From a virus (Duplodnaviria; Caudoviricetes), in the IMG/VR virus record IMGVR_UViG_3300032295_001524, positions 1-32,381 of that record: a DNA stretch of 32,381 nt, one strand, 5' to 3'. The translations under genes and the position numbers were made by a program. Numbering within the stretch: position 1 is the stretch's first letter; every line of letters starts with the position of its first letter. Below, one piece after another: positions 25,031-32,381 of the stretch. The notes under the pieces were generated by a model. That model did no database searches. It saw only the letters and a program-made list of their open reading frames with translations, and was not told the origin of the DNA.

Positions 25031-27789
25031 ACAACGTAAGATTAGTATGCGGTGGGGTAAGTGTTGACCTGCCAAGTGATTTTGGTATCTTAATCAATAA
25101 GTCAATAGCCGACATTCGGGAGCCGGAAAGCCGCTCATCGGATTGGTCAAAGACATTCACGCTGCCCGGCACAAAGGCAAACAACAAGCTGTTTACCCAC
25201 TTGTTTGATTTGAATTTGAGCATACGCAATACATCAGCCACGAATTTCAATCCCGATTTTAACCCAAACCTGAAAGCCGATGCAATCCTGCAAGTTGATG
25301 AGGTTACACAGATACAGGGTTTTATTCGCCTATTAGGCATCAAAATAAACGACTTCAACCAAATCGAATACGAATGCAGTATGCATGGAGAACTGGCTGA
25401 CCTATTCGCAAAGGTAGCAGATGCCAAACTTGCCGATTTAGATTTCACCGCCTACAACCACATCATCAGCGACACAAATATTTTTAATTCTTGGAACACT
25501 TCCATCATAAAAAACAGCAGTGGATTTGTAAATTTTAGCGGTGGCGCACCTATTGGTGAGGGTTATGTTTATGGGTGGATAGATAATGGAACCTATGCCG
25601 ATTATCGGAAATTATACACCGATGACATGACGCCTTATTTGTATGCTAAAACGGTTGTTGATGCAGTTTTTAGCGGTGCTGGTTATTCCTATACATCAGG
25701 CAGCTTTTTTAACACTCAACAATTTAGGCGTTTGGTTATTCCATGCCCAACAAAATCACCGCAATTAAGTGAGCAAAATGTTTTAGACAGGCAGTTTGAA
25801 GCTAAATTTAGCGGTACAACCAATTTATCAGGGATGACAGCACCTCAACAGCTTTTATTTCCTACTGAGATTTTTGACACTTCAAATCAATATGACACTT
25901 CAAATTCAAAATTCACTAACTCTTTTAATGGTGTGAATTATGACTTTTTTATTTATTTGAGTGGCACAGGTGCTGGATATACGCCAAACGATTACAGCTA
26001 CATAACCTTAATACTTTACATCAATGGCGTTGCGTACAGGTCAAATCCGCAATATTATTTAGCTGATGGCAGTGGTAATTTAGTTATCAATAACACATAT
26101 GTTTTTAATGGCATAAAATTACTACCAAATGACGAGGTTACTATTTTTATTGATAGGCCAAAAAACAAAATTTTTACTCCAATTTCTGGTGCTTCATATT
26201 CGTTAAATTCAACTTGTAAATTTTACAATGGCGTTGTTGAAAGCCAGTATGGCTACGGTGACACAATGGATTTCGCCGGGTTTTTTACGGGTGTAGAAAC
26301 CAAACAGCGTGAATTTATGCGTGATATTTTCACAATGTTCAACCTCTACATTGAAGCCAGTGGAATTGATAAGGAATTACTCATCTTGCCGCGTGACCAA
26401 TTTTACACCACATCGGTAAAAGATTGGACACGCAAAAGGGATTTGTCGCAGCTGCTTGAAATAACCCCGATGGGTGAGCTTGAAGCCAGCAGATATTTGT
26501 TTACATATAAAGAGGGTGGCGATGAGGGTAATAAGGATTACAAAGATAATTACAGCCGCGTATATGGTGACCGCCAAATTTTGGTGCAAAATGATTTTGT
26601 CAAAGAAACTAAAAAAATAGAAACATCGTTTGTGCCTACAATCATTGTGAAAGCACCTAATGAGATTGATAAATATTTCCCGGATGTGGCAACAAGTGAC
26701 GGCAAACAACAGATGGGCGACTTGCGTATTTTGCAATATAAACCAAAGTCCTGCCAACCATATAGGGTTGCCAATGGCAGTTACAGGCCAAGTATTGTTT
26801 TTTTGCCAACATTTGTAAATAAAACCATTTATCCATATATGGGGCATCTTGACGACCCGTTGACATCAACAACAGACATAAATTTTGGGTTGCCGCGTTT
26901 TATTGGATTACCCCCAAATACACCGGTCACAAATAACAACCTATTCAATGCGTATTGGTCAACATATTTGCAGGAAGTAACCGACAAGGATAGTAAGATA
27001 GTTAAGGGCAGTTTTTATTTGACACCTGCCGATATGGAAAAGTTGTCATTCCGTGACTTGTATTTTTTCGATGGCAATTACTTCCGACTGAATAAAATAG
27101 AGGATTACGACCCTATTAATCCATCGGTCAATATCTGTGAGTTCCTTTTCCTCAAATCGGGTGTGACATTTTCTGCAACAACTGGAAGCGTTGGCGGTGG
27201 CGGTAAGCGTGAAGATATATTTAGCGGATTGGAGGAATACGACCCCGGTGGCGGTAATACCTCAGGCAAAGTTATACAGGGTAAAGGGTTTTCGCTCGGT
27301 GAATTTAATAGTGCAGGTGACGGCATATTTGCAGGTGACGCCATTACTAATTTTGGCAGAGCCAATGCAGCATTTGCAACCAGTGGTGTCACTTTTCTGC
27401 CTGATAGTGAACGCAGCATCGTAATTGGCGAGGGTGTGCAGGATGTAGGAAGTGATGAGATATGGCTACAAGGCCACCTAATGACACAGGAAAATTTCAG
27501 CACCAACCGAATTGAGTTCACGGCAGCAACATCCGTGACCGCTGATTTGTACGTGGACATTTACATCATGGACACCGCTGCAAATACTACGTTAAATTTG
27601 CCCGATGCCACCACTTGTTTGGGGAAAGCATACTATGTCTATAAAAATACCAGTGCACACCAATTAAGAATTGAACCATACGAAGCGCAGGAAATAGACG
27701 ATCATGACCACTACAATTTAAACCAGCATTACCAATGCGTACAAATAGTGTCCGATGGCACACAATGGAGAGTAATAAGCAAAACATAA
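25027..27789 (+). CDS. Baseplate hub/tail tip protein with C-terminal fibre-like domain
   Basis: SIADI...WSKTFTLPGT..NN N-terminus; C-terminal LNLPDA...SDGTQW. Confidence 0.7.
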   Translation: MNNVRLVCGGVSVDLPSDFGILINKSIADIREPESRSSDWSKTFTLPGTKANNKLFTHLFDLNLSIRNTSATNFNPDFNPNLKADAILQVDEVTQIQGFIRLLGIKINDFNQIEYECSMHGELADLFAKVADAKLADLDFTAYNHIISDTNIFNSWNTSIIKNSSGFVNFSGGAPIGEGYVYGWIDNGTYADYRKLYTDDMTPYLYAKTVVDAVFSGAGYSYTSGSFFNTQQFRRLVIPCPTKSPQLSEQNVLDRQFEAKFSGTTNLSGMTAPQQLLFPTEIFDTSNQYDTSNSKFTNSFNGVNYDFFIYLSGTGAGYTPNDYSYITLILYINGVAYRSNPQYYLADGSGNLVINNTYVFNGIKLLPNDEVTIFIDRPKNKIFTPISGASYSLNSTCKFYNGVVESQYGYGDTMDFAGFFTGVETKQREFMRDIFTMFNLYIEASGIDKELLILPRDQFYTTSVKDWTRKRDLSQLLEITPMGELEASRYLFTYKEGGDEGNKDYKDNYSRVYGDRQILVQNDFVKETKKIETSFVPTIIVKAPNEIDKYFPDVATSDGKQQMGDLRILQYKPKSCQPYRVANGSYRPSIVFLPTFVNKTIYPYMGHLDDPLTSTTDINFGLPRFIGLPPNTPVTNNNLFNAYWSTYLQEVTDKDSKIVKGSFYLTPADMEKLSFRDLYFFDGNYFRLNKIEDYDPINPSVNICEFLFLKSGVTFSATTGSVGGGGKREDIFSGLEEYDPGGGNTSGKVIQGKGFSLGEFNSAGDGIFAGDAITNFGRANAAFATSGVTFLPDSERSIVIGEGVQDVGSDEIWLQGHLMTQENFSTNRIEFTAATSVTADLYVDIYIMDTAANTTLNLPDATTCLGKAYYVYKNTSAHQLRIEPYEAQEIDDHDHYNLNQHYQCVQIVSDGTQWRVISKT

Positions 27790-27790
27790 A

Positions 27791-29728
27791 ATGGCACAGA
27801 CCACAGTAGCAATAAATTTAGAAGCCAAAACCAAAGGCACGGAAAGCGTAAAGTCGCTGAAAACACAAATCAGGGAGGCCACAGCCGAAGCGGTATTGCT
27901 TGCCCGTAAGTTTGGTGAGTTCTCACCCGAAGCAACGGCAGCAGCGCAAAAGGTTGCCAAGCTGAAAGATGAAATGGGCGACTTCCAACAGCGTGTCGCA
28001 GGTTTAAACCCCGATAAATTCCAAGCGATTGCAGGCGTTACGCAAGGTATTGCAGGCGGTATTTCTGCTGCCACTGGTGCAATGGCCTTATTTGGTGCTG
28101 AAAGCGAAGATGCACAAAAGACACTTGCAAAGGTTCAGGGTGCGATTGCCTTTTCGCAGGGTATACAGCAGTTGTTGGATATGCGGAACTCATTTGGGGC
28201 AATGGCTACCACGATTAAAACGCAGGTCATTACAGCATTTACAACGCTGAGAGGTGCTATGATGGCAACTGGTATTGGACTGTTAGTTGCTGGTGTTGCT
28301 GCTTTAATAGCTAATTTTGAAAAGGTATCTGCATGGATTAAAAATAGCCCATTTGGAGCATTGGCAAATGGAATAGGCGATGTAATTAATGCAATAACAG
28401 ATTGGATAGGTATTACAAGTGAAGCACAACGTCAGACGGACAAGATGCTAAAAGATACCGAAAAAAGCATTAAGCAAACAGAAACATTTTTAGAGGCGAA
28501 TGGTGACAAATATGATGCTTATACAAATCGTAAAATCAAAGCAAACCTTGATTACAAAAAAAAGGTATTGGAGGTCAATAAAGATGAAACACTTTCAGAG
28601 GCACAAAAACAGGCCATATTAAAACAGTTCCGTGATAAAGCTGACAGGGAAATAAAAAAGGCAGACAGCGAGCGTGCAGCCGAGTCAACAAAAGCGAAAA
28701 AAGATGAACTAAAAAAGAGTGAGGAACTTGCACAAAAACAACGTGAACTTGCCGAGCAGCGTAAACAAAATCAGCTCGAAATCAATGCCACGATGTTGGC
28801 ACTTGACCAATCCACTCTTGATGCACAAATCAAAGCGGCTGATGCGGCTTTCGCCACAAAGGTAACGCAGTTGAAAAATCAAGGATACACGGAAAAGCAA
28901 ATTGCAACCCTGCGTGATGCGGAACTTGAAAAGGTACGTACAGCGTTCTATGATAAACAAAAGGCAGACCAAGAAAAAGCCAACAAGGAACGTGAGGACA
29001 ACTTTAAGCAAACAACTGAAAAGGAAATTGCAGATGCTCAAAAGGCAACAGATGACTATTTTACCATACAACAAACTGCCTTAATACAACAGGGCGCAAC
29101 ACAAGCTGAATTTGATGCACTTGAACTTAAAAGATTAAATGCAAAATTACAAAATGCCCGTGATTACGGACAAAGCACAGTAGATATTGAAAAAGATATT
29201 GCGGCAAAGAAAAAAGACATATACGACAAGGATGCCAAAGCCAAAGAGGACACAGAAAAAGCAAAACGTGCGGCTGAAATGGCAACCCTCGAAAGTGCAT
29301 CGTCAATAATTGGCTCTCTCGGTCAGTTGTTTGGTGAAAGCGAAAAGTCGCAAAAGGCGTTTGGCCTTGCTCAAATCGCAGTTGACACCGCAAAGGCATT
29401 GACCGCAGCACAGGTAAACGCAATGGCTACCACACCCGACAACGTGGCGACAGGCGGTGCAGCAGGTTTTGCTAAATATGCCGCTTATGTAGCAATTATT
29501 CTTTCAAACGTAGCAAGGGCAAAAGCATTAATAAAAGGTAGTGGCGGTGGAGGTGGTGGCGGTGGCTCTGCTGCTGCACCTGCTGCCCCGTCATTTGCAC
29601 CTACCGTTGGCGGTGGATTGCCCGATGAGCAGCAGTTCGGTGGAATGGGCAGGGTGTATGTGTTAGAGGGTGATATTACCAAAACCCAAACCCGTGTCCG
29701 CAGGTTAAGAAATACGAGCGTTGTTTAA
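27791..29728 (+). CDS. Tape measure protein
   Basis: 645 aa, Ala/Gly-rich hydrophobic segments and long coiled coil. Confidence 0.75.
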   Translation: MAQTTVAINLEAKTKGTESVKSLKTQIREATAEAVLLARKFGEFSPEATAAAQKVAKLKDEMGDFQQRVAGLNPDKFQAIAGVTQGIAGGISAATGAMALFGAESEDAQKTLAKVQGAIAFSQGIQQLLDMRNSFGAMATTIKTQVITAFTTLRGAMMATGIGLLVAGVAALIANFEKVSAWIKNSPFGALANGIGDVINAITDWIGITSEAQRQTDKMLKDTEKSIKQTETFLEANGDKYDAYTNRKIKANLDYKKKVLEVNKDETLSEAQKQAILKQFRDKADREIKKADSERAAESTKAKKDELKKSEELAQKQRELAEQRKQNQLEINATMLALDQSTLDAQIKAADAAFATKVTQLKNQGYTEKQIATLRDAELEKVRTAFYDKQKADQEKANKEREDNFKQTTEKEIADAQKATDDYFTIQQTALIQQGATQAEFDALELKRLNAKLQNARDYGQSTVDIEKDIAAKKKDIYDKDAKAKEDTEKAKRAAEMATLESASSIIGSLGQLFGESEKSQKAFGLAQIAVDTAKALTAAQVNAMATTPDNVATGGAAGFAKYAAYVAIILSNVARAKALIKGSGGGGGGGGSAAAPAAPSFAPTVGGGLPDEQQFGGMGRVYVLEGDITKTQTRVRRLRNTSVV

Positions 29729-29744
29729 ACCTACTTTTAAAGAT

Positions 29745-30752
29745 ATGGACTTGCCAGTTTACAAAATCATAGTTAATGAGGATGACGATACCGGGGTTGA
29801 TGTAGTTTCTTTCGTGGAACGCCCAGCAATACAAAAGGACTTCATGCTGTTTAATCAGCAGTTTGTGGAACCGGGTGCAAAGGAAACCGAGGATGAATTT
29901 ATCAGCAGGTGTATTCCGGTCATGATTGGTGAGGGCATGGAACAAGAGCAAGCCGCAGCCGTGTGTTATTCTAAGTGGGAAAGCCGCAAGGAATTTGAAA
30001 GCTACGATGACTATCCCGAAGCCGCCAAAGAAAATGCAAAGATTGCACTACGTTGGGCAGAGGAAAACGGCTGGGGTGATTGCGGCACACCCGTTGGCAA
30101 GATAAGAGCAAACCAGTTGGCAAACGGTGAAGCCATCACCCGTGAAACCATTGCACGAATGGCAGGGTTTGAACGCCACAGACAGAACAGCGACAAAGAA
30201 CTTGGAGATGGATGCGGTAGATTGATGTGGTTAGCGTGGGGTGGTGATGAGGGCATTGAATGGGCGAGCCGTAAACTGCAACAGATAGACATGAAACAAG
30301 CGTATTCAGTGCAGGATGAAGAGAAACGCATTGTGACTGGCCCAGCAATGTTGGCCGATTTACCCATTTACCGCTATGATGATGTACGTGGTGAGTACTA
30401 TGTAACCTTTGATGCACCTACCATTTGGACTATTGCCAAAAAATTTGTCCGTAAAAACTTCTACAAGGCCGTAAATACCGACCACGAAACCCCGGTTGAT
30501 GGTGGTGTCCACATGATTGAGAGTTACTTTATTGACCGAGAGCGTGGTGTTATGCCACCCAAAGGATATGAGGATGCCAAAGACGGTAGCTGGTTTCTCA
30601 CCTATTTAGTGGACAATGACGAATTGTGGGCAAAAGTCAAGGCAGGTGAATGGAAAGGGTTTTCGGTTGAGGGGTTTTTTGACATGGAAGAGCAAGACGA
30701 AGTCGTAACCCTGATGCGTGAAATAGCTGCCATGCTGAAAAATTTTGCATAG
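29745..30752 (+). CDS. Prohead protease (XkdF-like) with inserted domains
   Basis: VSFVERPAI, KRIVTGPAM, N.DH, GSW, KGFSVEG; start 29745 follows the TACTTTTA motif. Confidence 0.75.
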   Translation: MDLPVYKIIVNEDDDTGVDVVSFVERPAIQKDFMLFNQQFVEPGAKETEDEFISRCIPVMIGEGMEQEQAAAVCYSKWESRKEFESYDDYPEAAKENAKIALRWAEENGWGDCGTPVGKIRANQLANGEAITRETIARMAGFERHRQNSDKELGDGCGRLMWLAWGGDEGIEWASRKLQQIDMKQAYSVQDEEKRIVTGPAMLADLPIYRYDDVRGEYYVTFDAPTIWTIAKKFVRKNFYKAVNTDHETPVDGGVHMIESYFIDRERGVMPPKGYEDAKDGSWFLTYLVDNDELWAKVKAGEWKGFSVEGFFDMEEQDEVVTLMREIAAMLKNFA

Positions 30753-30778
30753 GTTTTTGGTCTTGTACCTTTTATGGT

Positions 30779-31345
30779 ATGGATTTCAAAACAGAACTTA
30801 ACGAAATGAAAAGCGGACTTGCGGCTTTTATGGCCGAAGTAAAGCAGCGTTTCAATGAAGTTCCTGCACCCGTTGAAGCTGCGTTTGGTGAGTTGACTTT
30901 GGTTGACGGTACAATCGTAGTATTTGACGGTGACGAATTAAACGTGGGTAGTATGTTATCGGTTAAAACAGAGGAGGGCATTGTGCCTGCCCCTGATGCC
31001 GTACACGAAACCACCGATGGCCTGCTTGTAACTACAAAAGACGGAGTTGTTGAACTTATCGAAGAGAAAACAATGCCCGTTGAGGAAGTTGAGGTTGAAA
31101 ATCAATTCGCATCGCTGGAACAATTTGATGCTCTGCGTGCCGCCAATGAGGAAATGGCAAAGAAAATCGCCACCCTCGAAACCGCCCTTATCAATGTGTT
31201 GGGCAAAGTAGAAGAAACTTTCAGCGTGTTTGAAAAGTTTGCATCTGCTACACCTGAGCCGACTAAAAAGCCAATCGGTGCAGTAAAGAAAAATCAACAG
31301 GACAACTTCAATGGCTTTTTGTCCGCAATCAAAAAAAACAAATAA
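30779..31345 (+). CDS. Scaffolding-like protein
   Basis: Acidic, PAPDAVHE..DG motif plus coiled coil; between protease and capsid. Confidence 0.6.
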   Translation: MDFKTELNEMKSGLAAFMAEVKQRFNEVPAPVEAAFGELTLVDGTIVVFDGDELNVGSMLSVKTEEGIVPAPDAVHETTDGLLVTTKDGVVELIEEKTMPVEEVEVENQFASLEQFDALRAANEEMAKKIATLETALINVLGKVEETFSVFEKFASATPEPTKKPIGAVKKNQQDNFNGFLSAIKKNK

Positions 31346-31354
31346 TTAAAAATC

Positions 31355-32302
31355 ATGGCATTTAATTTAAATGGTCTTTCAAATTACACCAAAGAGGAAA
31401 GCTTACAGCTCCTGACCAAAGCTATGTTTACCAGCAAAACAGCATCTTTGCTGTCTGCTGCTGGACAAGTTCTTCCCGGTATCAAAAGTGCAGAAATTCT
31501 GCCCTTGCTGTCATCTGACGTTTTCTTTCAAGCCGATAGCTGCTCTTATCAGTCAAGCGGTAACACCACCATTTCACAGCGTACTTTGACCGTTGGAAAA
31601 GTAAAGGTTCAGGAAACTTTGTGTCCCAAAGACCTTGAAACCAAATATACCCAGAAAGCTCTTGCCGCAGGTGAAGCTATCGACATGGGAGTATTTACTG
31701 AACAAATCGGTGCTGAAAAAGCAGGTGACATCGCTGAACTAATCGAAACAGCAATTTGGCAAGGTGATTTGACAAGCACAAACCCTAACCTGAACAAGTG
31801 GGATGGTTTCTTAACTATTCTTACAGCTCTTGGTTTTGGCGGTGCTGGCGACCCTATCCGCGGTAACGTGGGTGGTGCTTACACTTCAATCACTGCTTCA
31901 AACATCGACGACATTCTGGGTACCATTTACAGCGTAATTCCTGCTGCTCTGCTTGACAAACCCGATTTGTTTATCGGTATGGGTACTGATACCTTCCGAC
32001 TGTATCGTCAGTGGCTCGTAGGTGCTAACCTTTTCCATTACTCACCTGCTGAAATTCAGAGCATGGAAATCGTTGACCCTATCACCGGCATCCGTATCTA
32101 CGGTTTGAATGGTATGAACGGTAGCAATAAGATTGTTGCTGGTCTGTGGAGTCATTTCTTCCTTGGTACTGACCTCATGAATGACGAAGAAAATCTAGAA
32201 TTTATCTTCAATCCATTTGAGCGGAGAGTTCAATTTCATTGTACCTTTAAATACGGAACGCAGCTGTCCTTTCCGGAACAAATAACGCTGTTCTCTCTCT
32301 AA
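31355..32302 (+). CDS. Major capsid protein
   Basis: 315 aa, IETAIWQGD and WDGFL HK97-fold-like motifs; follows protease and scaffold. Confidence 0.8.
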   Translation: MAFNLNGLSNYTKEESLQLLTKAMFTSKTASLLSAAGQVLPGIKSAEILPLLSSDVFFQADSCSYQSSGNTTISQRTLTVGKVKVQETLCPKDLETKYTQKALAAGEAIDMGVFTEQIGAEKAGDIAELIETAIWQGDLTSTNPNLNKWDGFLTILTALGFGGAGDPIRGNVGGAYTSITASNIDDILGTIYSVIPAALLDKPDLFIGMGTDTFRLYRQWLVGANLFHYSPAEIQSMEIVDPITGIRIYGLNGMNGSNKIVAGLWSHFFLGTDLMNDEENLEFIFNPFERRVQFHCTFKYGTQLSFPEQITLFSL

Positions 32303-32381
32303 CCGTTTAGTAAGTTACAAAATAGTAAGTTTAACCCGGGGGGTGGGGATACAACCTCACCCCCTTTTTAATAAAAAAAAA
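32259..32381. repeat. Terminal direct repeat (copy of 1..123)
   Basis: Exact match to the window start. Confidence 0.95.

Noticed and set aside
29540-29590. GGTGGC-rich repeat
   Set aside because: It simply encodes a Gly/Ala/Pro linker in the tape measure protein.
1-32381. Stop-codon reassignment
   Set aside because: Standard-code ORFs tile the genome densely and core genes are intact.

Overview
The window is an apparently complete, circularly assembled genome of a tailed phage, about 32.26 kb once the 123-bp end overlap (1..123 = 32259..32381) is removed. It has siphovirus-type tail genes. Repeated TTTG-N19-21-TAnnTTTG promoters point to a Bacteroidota host. A leftward early/replication arm (about 7226-16437) encodes a lambda-O-like initiator with internal iterons, a Twinkle/T7 gp4-like primase-helicase, a C5 cytosine methyltransferase apparently split over two overlapping frames, a Rad52/Sak recombinase, an SSB-like protein, a DUF1599/Nmad1-like protein and a metallophosphoesterase. 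A rightward late arm (16540 through the junction to 7234) encodes HNH, a sigma-like factor, glycosyl/methyltransferases, ParB-like, TerS/TerL, frameshifted tail chaperones, tail genes, tape measure, protease, capsid, tail tube, portal, a receptor-binding protein and lysis genes. I see no integrase, repressor or DNA polymerase. The most unusual signals are: (1) a tRNA-shaped RNA with a 47-nt insert replacing the anticodon loop, abutting the next start codon; (2) attC-like hairpins bracketing small AT-rich ORFs with no integrase; (3) the dual-frame methyltransferase; (4) a kissing-loop/attenuator-like leader upstream of the replication genes; (5) a phage-specific TACTTTTAT motif and many apparently leaderless genes. 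Product calls rest on motif recognition and synteny only; no database searches were run.
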